37,363 nt of DNA, from positions 1 to 37,363 of the IMG/VR virus record IMGVR_UViG_3300030708_003795, one strand, 5' to 3'. Under the pieces are notes generated by a model. That model worked only from the letters and a program-made list of their open reading frames with translations. It did not search any database and was not told where the DNA came from. Position numbers and translations under genes: made by a program. Of this stretch, positions 1 through 7,571 are shown piece by piece. How positions within the stretch are numbered: the stretch's first letter is position 1; every line of letters begins with the position of its first letter. The stretch is from a virus. Lineage: Duplodnaviria; Caudoviricetes.

Positions 1-68
1 TCGAAATTTGCATCCTGATCATCGTTATTTGGTTCCTGATTATTTCCAAGGATCGAAAAATCAGATGA
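1..68 (+). CDS. 5'-truncated copy of 23-aa hydrophobic peptide (..EICILIIVIWFLIISKDRKIR)
   Basis: Same peptide as 36940-37011; differences are synonymous (CGA/CGG, ATC/ATA, AGA/CGA). Confidence 0.65.
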   Translation, partial: EICILIIVIWFLIISKDRKIR

Positions 69-73
69 TGATT

Positions 74-134
74 TATCGGAACATCCCGACATTTTTAACA
101 TCCGATATTATTGGATGGTCGGGATGTTCCGATA
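74..134 (+). other. Long stem-loop (17-bp perfect arms plus inner 8-bp stem)
   Basis: TATCGGAACATCCCGAC (74-90) is the reverse complement of 118-134; inner CATCCGAT/ATTGGATG (99-117) with one G-U pair. Confidence 0.8.
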
Positions 135-194
135 TTCCCTTGCCACTTCGACCCTGGCAGCCTAACTCGCGACGCGGAAACCAGCTCCAATCGT

Positions 195-235
195 CACAGA
201 AACCACAGAAATCACAGAGACCACAGCAACCACAG
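195..235 (+). repeat. Tandem array of 5 CACAG motifs with exact 9-nt period
   Basis: CACAG at 195, 204, 213, 222, 231. Confidence 0.9.
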
Positions 236-255
236 TAGAAAGAAAGGTACCCCCC

Positions 256-495
256 ATGGAAATTTACAACGATGCCGATATCGAATCGAGGAACGCAGAA
301 AATTTTGGGAACTCGATTCCTGAACCGGATGAAACAAAAAAGATGCATCCCTTGGAAGCCCTTAATTTAGATGGATTCTGGTACGGTGATATAAAAACCG
401 ATATCGAAAAACGGGCTGGGATTTGGTTTGTTGCTGGAACAACCCATCGAATCGGCAAACCTGGATCGCAAGAATTGTACAGATTTAAATCCTAA
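256..495 (+). CDS. Hypothetical early protein (79 aa)
   Basis: AGAAAGG SD-like motif upstream; allelic copy at 37147-37363 differs mostly by synonymous or conservative changes in this frame. Confidence 0.85.
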   Translation: MEIYNDADIESRNAENFGNSIPEPDETKKMHPLEALNLDGFWYGDIKTDIEKRAGIWFVAGTTHRIGKPGSQELYRFKS

Positions 496-508
496 GAGAG
501 AGAACAAG

Positions 509-787
509 ATGAAACCGATCCCCTGGAAACTCAAAAAAGCTTTAGTCAATTGTCCCCATTGGAAAAAAGATGCCGAGCTGTTTATCTCACTCTGTATTCT
601 GATTTCCTATGGGGAAGATCACTTGCCAGATGATTTCAGATTGCCGATGGATATCCCTTTGGCTGCCGATTTCACAATTAAAAAGGGATCACGGATTACC
701 CCGTTTATCCTGGATGCAATCAAATCCCGGATTCCAAGGTGGATTCAGGAAATTAAAGATGCCGAAAAAGCTAATACCAGATCCTAG
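509..787 (+). CDS. Hypothetical early protein (MKPIPWKLKK..., 92 aa)
   Basis: ATG at 509 follows a GAGAGAGA purine tract just after the upstream stop; part of ORF 428-787. Confidence 0.7.
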   Translation: MKPIPWKLKKALVNCPHWKKDAELFISLCILISYGEDHLPDDFRLPMDIPLAADFTIKKGSRITPFILDAIKSRIPRWIQEIKDAEKANTRS

Positions 788-875
788 AGAATGGCACCAT
801 CTACCGGGATTTCCCGATCCTAGTCGATGGTGCCCTATCACTCGCGAATGGTATATGGCTGCCCTGGTACTTGCC

Positions 876-1016
876 CACAGATCACAGCAACCACAGAAAG
901 CTGAGGTGGCATTTCTTCAGGAATGGGCAGACGCAGAACACAGAGACCACAGAAAAGAGCTGACCGCCGGCAGAATGCTCAACAGCGGCAGAACACAGAA
1001 ACCACAGAAACCACAG
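876..1016 (+). repeat. Three further clusters of CACAG motifs (mostly 9-nt spacing)
   Basis: CACAG at 876, 883, 892; 939, 948; 994, 1003, 1012. Confidence 0.8.
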
Positions 1017-1094
1017 GACGAGTGGATTGAAGGCTACCACCGTTACTATTTTTCATTGGCCTTTTTACACCCTAGCTCAGGAATAGGAGGAGAA

Positions 1095-1535
1095 ATGAGC
1101 CGGTTGCACAACTACAAACACCCCGTTAAAAACCCCACCAGGAAAAGGCTGATCTTCAAAAGGGAGATTCTGGAGGGAGAAAACAGCCGTGAGTATCTTG
1201 CCCGTTTGGCCTATGTAGAAATGCACCCTCTTTGGCAGTTAATGAGGGAAAGAGGCTATAATCCGTCAAGTTTGGCCCGGAAAATGAAGAAATCGCCGGC
1301 TTATATTTGGCAGAAACTGGAACACAATCGGTGCGATACGGAGATTTTCCTCAATCATATTAAGAAAATCTGGCCTAAAACCGATTGGGGCAAATACCTG
1401 AAAGACCTTTATGTCTGGTACGCCACCGATTATCTGGAAGATCCGGTGCATTTTGTGGCCCAGGCCATGGAGACTCTGGATAAGAATTTCGGCAAAATCA
1501 AAGGAAGAAAGTACTTTCCCAACAAACTAAAATAG
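1095..1535 (+). CDS. Putative XRE-like helix-turn-helix DNA-binding protein (start may instead be the in-frame ATG at 759)
   Basis: GGAG-type SD before ATG 1095; LMRERGYNPSSLARKMKKSPAYIWQKLE resembles an HTH. Confidence 0.6.
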   Translation: MSRLHNYKHPVKNPTRKRLIFKREILEGENSREYLARLAYVEMHPLWQLMRERGYNPSSLARKMKKSPAYIWQKLEHNRCDTEIFLNHIKKIWPKTDWGKYLKDLYVWYATDYLEDPVHFVAQAMETLDKNFGKIKGRKYFPNKLK

Positions 1536-1576
1536 CGTACCTTTTCTAGCCGCCAAAAAGAAAGAGAGGCAAAATC

Positions 1577-2452
1577 ATGGTGATTAGCGCAGAAGAGAAG
1601 GAATTCCGCAGAGGAAGTATCGGTGCTTCTGATATTGGGGCGATTATGAACATTTCCCCTTTTGTGAATGCTCACGATATTTTCATGCAGAAAGTGTATG
1701 GAACGGATGAGCCAAAAAGTGAGGCCATTGATATCGGAAACGACTGTGAGCCGATGCTGGTCACCTGGGCACACCATCAAATTGGTGCTGACTGGAGTTT
1801 AGGCGTGGATATCAAAGTGACCAAAACTACCGAAAATGGTTACAACTTTCCGCACCACGCCAACTTGGACGGTCTACTGGTGAAAGACAACCGCAGAATT
1901 GGAATCGAAGCTAAAACTTCCTCCATGTACCAGGCATTTGGTGAAGACGGGTCTGACGAAATCCCCGACCACATCATCATGCAGTGTCAGTGGCAGATCT
2001 GGACTGCAAACCTGGAGAAAGTGGCGGTGCCGGTGCTGACTGCTGAGGAAGGGCTGAAAAGAAAGCTCTACTGGGTGGAAAGAAACGACCAGCTGATCGA
2101 TCAGGCCATCATGCACGGGAAACACTTCTGGGAAGAAAACGTGGTCAAAGGGGTGGCTCCGGAAGAAGTGAGTCCCAGTCTGGAAACTCTGAAGAGGGTT
2201 CGCAGAGAGCCTGAGACCAGTGTGAAAATTGATGAAAACTTGGTCCGAGAGTGGAGAGCCAAGGAAGATATTGCCAGAGAAGCAGCCAAAGAGGCGAAGG
2301 AGGCAAAGGCGAAAGTGCTGGCGACTCTGGGCAATGCAGAAGCAGGTGTCTGCGATCTCGGAACCTTGACCTATTTTGAACAAGCGAGAAAAGAATTTAC
2401 GGTGAAAGCCAGCACTTCTCGCGTTGCCCGTTGGAAAGGCAATAAGAAATGA
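1577..2452 (+). CDS. YqaJ-like viral recombinase / lambda-exonuclease-family 5'-3' exonuclease
   Basis: RRGSIGASDIGAIM, G..CEP, HANLDG, IEAKT, QCQWQ motifs; adjacent to RecT. Confidence 0.92.
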   Translation: MVISAEEKEFRRGSIGASDIGAIMNISPFVNAHDIFMQKVYGTDEPKSEAIDIGNDCEPMLVTWAHHQIGADWSLGVDIKVTKTTENGYNFPHHANLDGLLVKDNRRIGIEAKTSSMYQAFGEDGSDEIPDHIIMQCQWQIWTANLEKVAVPVLTAEEGLKRKLYWVERNDQLIDQAIMHGKHFWEENVVKGVAPEEVSPSLETLKRVRREPETSVKIDENLVREWRAKEDIAREAAKEAKEAKAKVLATLGNAEAGVCDLGTLTYFEQARKEFTVKASTSRVARWKGNKK

Positions 2453-3636
2453 ACACTTTGCAAAGAGTGGACAATTGGCTGGATAAATCTGGCCCGAAAC
2501 TTTTAGAACTGTTGCCGGCAGGAATCGACCAGCCTCGCTTTCTTAGAAACGTGAGCAGCCAGGTCAAAATGAATCCTGCGATTCAGCAGTGTCGCCCGGA
2601 TACGATCATCAATTCCATTGTGAAGGCCACCCACCTGGGCCTGGATATCGGAGTTCTTGGTTCTGCCTACATTGTGCCCTATGGAAATCAGGCTTCTCTG
2701 GTCATTGGGTATGCCGGCCTGATTGATTTGGCCTTCCGCAGTGGAACCGTGAAGAACATTCACAGCGGCGTGGTGAGGGAAAACGACACTTACGAGCGCA
2801 CCCACGACGATTTCTGGCACAAATACAACGCCTTTGATTCCACGGAATCGAGGGGTGAAGTCGTGGGTGCTTACTGTCTGGTGGACCTGAGCAATGGTGG
2901 CCGGCAGATCGAAACCATGAGCCGGGACGAAATCGACCAGATTCGCAATGCCAGCCGGAGTGGAAATGGTCCTGCCTGGACCCAGTACTACGACGAAATG
3001 GCCAAGAAATCGGTGATTCGCAGGGCTTTGAAGCGGATTAAGCTTAGCCCGGAGGCTCAGGAAGTGATTCAGGCTTCGGACGACGCGGAGTTCATTCCTG
3101 CTGAGGTGAGACCTGCCCCGAAAAAGAGGGGTGCGACTGGTTTGGCCAAGCGTCTTGAGGAGCAGGAGAAGGCCCCTGAGGAGCCTGTCGAGGCAGAGTT
3201 CAAGGAAGCACCCCCGGAGCCGGAGCCGGACGTTCAGGAGGCCCCTGAGGAGCCTGTCGAGGTGGCAAAGGTGAATGTTTGGGATCTGCACAAGGAGAGG
3301 GCCAATAAGCTGGCAGCTAAAATGGGCGACCCAATTCGCAAGTGGTACAAAATCACCAAACCCAGGGAGAAACTGCTTCAGGAGCGAATCACCACAGAAG
3401 GGTTCACTGCCAAGCAGGTTGACGAGTTCTGGGATATGGTTGATGGTGTCCTGACTCCCTTCGACAAGTCGAAAGTGGAGCAGTGGAAAGATTCCTGCGA
3501 CCTGGATGTTCTGCTGAGATTGCCGAAGAGAGGCGGAAAAGACCACTTTGAGGCGGCTCGGGAGGGTGCCTACAAGCCCGAGGACAACGGAGTAGTCACC
3601 AGCTCAGTGAGTGTGGAGGACTTGCTCCAGGATTAG
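2449..3636 (+). CDS. recT: RecT-family single-strand annealing protein with long C-terminal extension
   Basis: LGL..G.LGSAYIVPYG..A.LVIGYAGLIDLA.RSG and W..YYDEMAKKSVIRRALK motifs; ATGA-coupled to YqaJ. Confidence 0.92.
   Translation: MNTLQRVDNWLDKSGPKLLELLPAGIDQPRFLRNVSSQVKMNPAIQQCRPDTIINSIVKATHLGLDIGVLGSAYIVPYGNQASLVIGYAGLIDLAFRSGTVKNIHSGVVRENDTYERTHDDFWHKYNAFDSTESRGEVVGAYCLVDLSNGGRQIETMSRDEIDQIRNASRSGNGPAWTQYYDEMAKKSVIRRALKRIKLSPEAQEVIQASDDAEFIPAEVRPAPKKRGATGLAKRLEEQEKAPEEPVEAEFKEAPPEPEPDVQEAPEEPVEVAKVNVWDLHKERANKLAAKMGDPIRKWYKITKPREKLLQERITTEGFTAKQVDEFWDMVDGVLTPFDKSKVEQWKDSCDLDVLLRLPKRGGKDHFEAAREGAYKPEDNGVVTSSVSVEDLLQD
3170..3262 (+). repeat. 24-bp direct repeat (3170-3193, 3239-3262) encoding APEEPVE in the RecT linker
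   Basis: AGGCCCCTGAGGAGCCTGTCGAGG occurs twice. Confidence 0.9.
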
Positions 3637-3663
3637 CCCTGTTGTTAGGACTCGATCATAAAC

Positions 3664-4194
3664 GTGCTAGCCGAAGAGACCATCGGTCAAATTGAGATTG
3701 AATCCGGGGGAACAAGGTTTTCCGTCGAGATTCTCTCAATGTACGGCACGGTCAGGTTGGAAATCACCTCCTCCAATACGCCTGATAATGATCGAGTCCT
3801 TGTTTATTACCCTGAACCTGACGATGAATATCCAGGAATCGTTTTCTACGACACAAAATCCAATCACGATATGGAAGATTGGAGTGTGTTGGAGATTTTC
3901 TGCCACTTGTTCCAGGTCTGGGACGAGGAACCCACGGATGTATTTATCTTGGGTCTAGCCTTACAACCTGAGTATCTGATAATCTCAGAGATGATCCGCA
4001 TCGCTGCCGACAAGGCTAATCTTTGGTACGCCTGGGGTTGCCCCATGAAAAAAGTGATGCGAGTCGCCTTTAAACAAATGATTAAACAGAATGCTGACGC
4101 AAAAACTCCGTTAAGTAAGGCAATTTATCGCCATGCTTTTCAGGTTTTGGCGGCGGTTCAGGCATCGCGTCGAGCAGAAATCAGAGAACAATGA
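3664..4194 (+). CDS. Hypothetical protein (176 aa)
   Basis: Fills the gap in the plus-strand operon; stop overlaps next ATG (ATGA). Confidence 0.7.
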   Translation: MLAEETIGQIEIESGGTRFSVEILSMYGTVRLEITSSNTPDNDRVLVYYPEPDDEYPGIVFYDTKSNHDMEDWSVLEIFCHLFQVWDEEPTDVFILGLALQPEYLIISEMIRIAADKANLWYAWGCPMKKVMRVAFKQMIKQNADAKTPLSKAIYRHAFQVLAAVQASRRAEIREQ

Positions 4195-4391
4195 AAAAAA
4201 AACGACTTATTCAAATCAAGCCCGGTGAGAACTACAACGGATACCTCAATGATTTGGAGTACGATGTCTACCATGGGGAAACCGGGAAAGAAGTCTACGT
4301 CTCCACGCCGGAAGCGGTCTTCGAGATCCAGCTCAAGAACCAGCAACCTGGAACTGGCTGCCAAGCAGATTCTGCAAGCTCACAAAGTTGA
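4191..4391 (+). CDS. Hypothetical protein (66 aa)
   Basis: ATGA coupling to upstream gene; overlaps the next gene. Confidence 0.5.
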   Translation: MKKKRLIQIKPGENYNGYLNDLEYDVYHGETGKEVYVSTPEAVFEIQLKNQQPGTGCQADSASSQS

Positions 4392-4689
4392 GCCTTTTGT
4401 CCAGGAGTACAAGTTTCACCCTGTCAGAAGGTGGCGATTTGATTTCGCTTGGCCTGAAAAGAAACTGGCTCTGGAAGTAGAAGGCGGAATATTTAGAGGG
4501 GGAAGGCACACTTCACCCAAGGGCTTCATCAATGATTGCGAAAAATACAACACTGCGGCCCTTATGGGATGGCGGGTGATTCGTGTGACTTCCCCCCAAA
4601 TTAAGTCTGGGGAACTTCTCGAGTGGATTCAGCAAGGGCTTTCGTCCGGCGGTTCACTATTGACTTGGCATGACAAACGTCCCACATGA
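4264..4689 (+). CDS. DUF559/Vsr-like PD-(D/E)XK endonuclease (start uncertain)
   Basis: QEYKFHPVRRWRFDFAWPEKKLALEVEGG...GRH...D.EKYN.A.LMGWRVIRVT signature. Confidence 0.85.
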   Translation: MSTMGKPGKKSTSPRRKRSSRSSSRTSNLELAAKQILQAHKVEPFVQEYKFHPVRRWRFDFAWPEKKLALEVEGGIFRGGRHTSPKGFINDCEKYNTAALMGWRVIRVTSPQIKSGELLEWIQQGLSSGGSLLTWHDKRPT

Positions 4690-5134
4690 GCTTGTCGCTG
4701 GCAGTGTCATACTCCTGCTGACTGAGAGCGTGAACCCGGAGGTAGTCATCTTCCGGCATGGGACAGCCTTCCTCGAAGAACAGCATACAGCGGCGGTGGT
4801 ACTGATCGAGAGTCTGGAGCCACTTGCGAGCATTCTCGTTTCGCTTCACCGCGTCGCTGTATTCTTCCACGTTTGACCAGAGGGGAAGGTCCACCAAGCC
4901 CCGGACGAACTGGTGCAGTCCTGTAACATGAATGTAATTGCCGTCCCAGCTTCTGAAGTGGCCGGCATCCAGGCTCTCGTCCCACTGGCAAATCCAGTAG
5001 GAAAGCCGCTCTCCAAAGTCATTACTGTTGTGGACGTAGACCCTGCCGTAACTGAGGTGAATGGTTGATTTCAACTGGCCATTCTTAAATCGAAACTCTG
5101 TTTTTTCCTTATGCATATTCGCCTTTCGGGACAA
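4601..5134 (-). CDS. Hypothetical protein (177 aa), last gene of the minus-strand block
   Basis: Follows the CoiA-like gene; convergent overlap with the DUF559-like gene. Confidence 0.6.
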   Translation of the reverse strand: MSRKANMHKEKTEFRFKNGQLKSTIHLSYGRVYVHNSNDFGERLSYWICQWDESLDAGHFRSWDGNYIHVTGLHQFVRGLVDLPLWSNVEEYSDAVKRNENARKWLQTLDQYHRRCMLFFEEGCPMPEDDYLRVHALSQQEYDTASDKLMWDVCHAKSIVNRRTKALAESTREVPQT

Positions 5135-5894
5135 TTACTTTAAGGTTACTAGGAATACAATTTTCATTGTGCCTTCCGTACACAAATTGATTCGTTGATT
5201 TGTATCCCAAGTATCTGTTTTGAAACAAAACATCTGGGTAAAAATGGTGAGACTCCACAATCTTGTACTTACTTCTAGAAAGTTTTTGCAACTCTAGAAA
5301 AACGTACTTGTCGTTTTCACGAATACCGTATTCATAAAACCAAAGACCATTATTTTTTGTTCTTTGCATTATGGACAAATGCTTTTTCCAAGCATTTATT
5401 GTGATGTCATACATTTGGTAAGGAAGTTTGTTTACAGGAATAATCCACCACACTGAAATGCCTAAAGAATTCCAGTATTGAGTTCTTTCGTTAATGGTAT
5501 CTACGGTGATGTCGCTTTTTTGAACTTCAACAGCCATTGAGCCTTGTTTGTTTGGAAGTCTAAGAAAGACATCTGCCCTTTTGCCTTTAGGGCCACTGTT
5601 TGGATGCTTGTATTCCAGTTCAACTACTGCACCTGGTGTGTCGTACTCTTCCTGAAAGAAAAGTTTGAGATCGTTATAAATAGCAATTTTACACTCAATA
5701 TGTTCTGAAGACTCTCCGCTTCCATAATTGCAATTAGATTCTCTGGTGTGGGCAAAGTGGTCTCTGCGAACAGAACATTTTTTAAAGATCACCACGCCGT
5801 TGCATTCAGGACAGCGAAGATCCGCTTGCCTGGCATCATTTGGATGAATGTCCCATGCATAAACCCTTTGCCCATTCACCAGACAGGTAAACAT
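5109..5894 (-). CDS. CoiA-like nuclease (N-terminal Zn-binding CxxC..HFAH, PD-(D/E)XK core)
   Basis: CPEC...HFAH...C...GESSEH, RADVFL, AVEVQKS, ERT..W...GISVWWI. Confidence 0.85.
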   Translation of the reverse strand: MFTCLVNGQRVYAWDIHPNDARQADLRCPECNGVVIFKKCSVRRDHFAHTRESNCNYGSGESSEHIECKIAIYNDLKLFFQEEYDTPGAVVELEYKHPNSGPKGKRADVFLRLPNKQGSMAVEVQKSDITVDTINERTQYWNSLGISVWWIIPVNKLPYQMYDITINAWKKHLSIMQRTKNNGLWFYEYGIRENDKYVFLELQKLSRSKYKIVESHHFYPDVLFQNRYLGYKSTNQFVYGRHNENCIPSNLKVIVPKGEYA

Positions 5895-6154
5895 TACCTT
5901 GCCTCTTCCCGAGCTTCGTCCACCTGCATCTCTTCGTAAGCGTCTCGCATTTCGTCGATCTGCTCCTGTGAAGGAGCCTCACAATCCAACCGGATATCGG
6001 CTTCTTTCTCGTCAGCCATATCCAACATATGCTCATACGAAACCTGCAACCCCAAAGCCAGGTTAAACCTTCTGTTTGGATGTGCATTTTTCAGCGCTTC
6101 AAGATCCTTCAAAAACTGACGAATCAACTTCTTTTCCCTGTCACTGTAAACCAT
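5894..6154 (-). CDS. Hypothetical acidic protein (86 aa)
   Basis: TAATG coupling to the CoiA-like gene; overlaps the end of the MTase beta ORF. Confidence 0.7.
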   Translation of the reverse strand: MVYSDREKKLIRQFLKDLEALKNAHPNRRFNLALGLQVSYEHMLDMADEKEADIRLDCEAPSQEQIDEMRDAYEEMQVDEAREEAR

Positions 6155-7457
6155 GAGTTTGCCTTTCCTGACATAAAACTCTCATTGCCAAAAGTAACTG
6201 CTGCGGGACTTGGCCATTCCCGCAACATTTTAATCTCTGCGCTCTGTTTTCTTTTTTCATGGTAAGTCTCGGGGTGTGGTATTTTTCTCCCACTGGAATG
6301 TCAGCAGGATCTTCCTCCCAGTACCTGGCTGGCTCTTCGGTCATGCAGTATCTCCACCAGCCTTTATAATCGATGTTGATAAAGTCCAGCGAAGTCCAAC
6401 CTATCGGCCAGCCCATCAGCCATTCCACCCAGTCTGGGTTGAGCCGTAATGCTGGCTTTCCAGTCACTTCGTTAACGTGGTCCAGGCGGTCAGTGCGTAA
6501 TTTTCCAGTGTCTTTTCTTATTGAAGAATTTTTCCCTTTGTGGTCCGAGGCTGTTGGAGTCGGCCAATTCTTTTCGTGAGCAGGAACAGCATCTCTCAAG
6601 GGGACTCCCCAACGAACGCCGTCTTTGTTTTTCCGGGAGTATGCTCCTGATTCAGATATCTCTGTATCTTTAGCAATTCCACCCCCGCTGTCGGTTGCAC
6701 TTGGGGTGGGCCATTCTTTAACAGCCCCTTGTGCTGAAAAGGGAGACTTCCCATTCAGCATTTGAGTGGCTTCTTCCTCGCTCAACTTTCCTTCAAGAAC
6801 CTGTTTCCGCAGCAGACGGACATTGCCTTCGTTAGGTCTGGTGTTGACCGTTGGGGTGGGCCATTCCGCTTTATTTGAATACTCGCCCCGATTCCTCAAT
6901 CCTTCTTTTATCATCACTTCTTCATTAAGGATTTTGCCGCCTTTTCCATTTACTCTTGACCCAGGATTAGCGGCTCTGGGGGTAGGCCACGCACCACCAT
7001 CTTTTTCGTTGATGTTTAGCTCCGGCTTCTCTAGCGGCAACAACTCCCCATTTAGCGTCATACCCCAGATCGGCAAGATCTCTAATGACTGTAGGGTACT
7101 TTCTGATGGGTGGGACGTTTTCGAGAATAACTCGAGCTGGACGAACTTCTCCGATGATCCTGGCAGTGTCGGGCCAGCAATTTCTTTCGTCGTCTGCCCC
7201 TCTTTGCCGGCCCGCTTTTGAGAAGGGTTGGCATGGGAATCCAGCAGAAATGACATCGACAAGGCCATTCCAGGGGTGCCCGTCGAAGGTTTTAACGTCG
7301 TCCCAGATGGGGAAGACTGGGAGGCATTTGTCTTCTTGCCTCCGCATAAGGATCTCTCTGCAATACGGATCTTTTTCCACCGCGCACACGACCCGGTGAC
7401 CCATACTTTCGCTTGCGAGAATTCCGCCACCAACTCCAGCGAACAGTGCCAACTCAT
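6141..7457 (-). CDS. C5-cytosine methyltransferase second polypeptide (variable region with 4 WPTP repeats, motif IX and motif X), in the +1 frame
   Basis: WPTP x4, LNPDWVEWLMGWPIGWT, RLKCCGNGQVPQ; ATG 4 nt downstream of the catalytic ORF's ATG. Confidence 0.8.
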   Translation of the reverse strand: MSWHCSLELVAEFSQAKVWVTGSCARWKKIRIAERSLCGGKKTNASQSSPSGTTLKPSTGTPGMALSMSFLLDSHANPSQKRAGKEGQTTKEIAGPTLPGSSEKFVQLELFSKTSHPSESTLQSLEILPIWGMTLNGELLPLEKPELNINEKDGGAWPTPRAANPGSRVNGKGGKILNEEVMIKEGLRNRGEYSNKAEWPTPTVNTRPNEGNVRLLRKQVLEGKLSEEEATQMLNGKSPFSAQGAVKEWPTPSATDSGGGIAKDTEISESGAYSRKNKDGVRWGVPLRDAVPAHEKNWPTPTASDHKGKNSSIRKDTGKLRTDRLDHVNEVTGKPALRLNPDWVEWLMGWPIGWTSLDFINIDYKGWWRYCMTEEPARYWEEDPADIPVGEKYHTPRLTMKKENRAQRLKCCGNGQVPQQLLLAMRVLCQERQTHGLQ

Positions 7458-7461
7458 TCAA
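6967..7461 (-). CDS. C5-cytosine methyltransferase catalytic polypeptide (motifs I-VIII only)
   Basis: LFAGVGG (I), AGFPCQPFS (IV), ENV (VI), HQRKRWW (VIII), then stop. Confidence 0.93.
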   Translation of the reverse strand: MNELALFAGVGGGILASESMGHRVVCAVEKDPYCREILMRRQEDKCLPVFPIWDDVKTFDGHPWNGLVDVISAGFPCQPFSKAGRQRGADDERNCWPDTARIIGEVRPARVILENVPPIRKYPTVIRDLADLGYDAKWGVVAAREAGAKHQRKRWWCVAYPQSR

Positions 7462-7564
7462 AACACCCCCCTAAAAACAACAACGTGCTGGCAATCACCA
7501 GCACACCAATCGCTAAAAGAACTTGTTCAATTCGATCCCAGATTTGTTCAATCCTGGTCTTCAT
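7454..7564 (-). CDS. Small membrane protein (MKTRIEQIWDRIEQVLLAIGVLVIASTLLFLGGCFE, 36 aa)
   Basis: GGGG SD-like motif before ATG 7564; one hydrophobic helix; stop overlaps the MTase starts. Confidence 0.55.
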   Translation of the reverse strand: MKTRIEQIWDRIEQVLLAIGVLVIASTLLFLGGCFE

Positions 7565-7571
7565 AGTCCCC

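Larger units (their letters stand above)
1..472 (+). repeat. Left copy of imperfect terminal direct repeat (pairs with 36944-37363)
   Basis: 1-68 and ~195-472 align to 36944-37011 and ~37086-37363 with scattered substitutions; the intervening segment differs. Confidence 0.95.

Noticed and set aside
195-235. CACAG arrays as a CRISPR array or DnaA boxes
   Set aside because: Units are 9 nt with no unique spacers, no cas genes are present, and they do not match TTATCCACA
8-323. ORFs 8-238, 111-323, 73-348 and their right-end counterparts (36951-37280, 36814-37239)
   Set aside because: They run through the hairpin and CACAG arrays and are not kept in frame between the two alleles; substitution patterns support the 23-aa peptide and the 256-495 frame instead
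609-758. ATG 609 as start of the 308-aa ORF
   Set aside because: It would overlap the 509-787 gene by ~180 nt; ATG 759 or the SD-supported ATG 1095 are more plausible
2503-3546. 347-aa minus-strand ORF
   Set aside because: Antisense shadow of recT with no recognisable motifs
6978-6982. Phase-variable homopolymer switch in the MTase
   Set aside because: A 5-nt run is too short for typical slipped-strand phase variation; kept only as a possible ribosomal slip site or sequencing error
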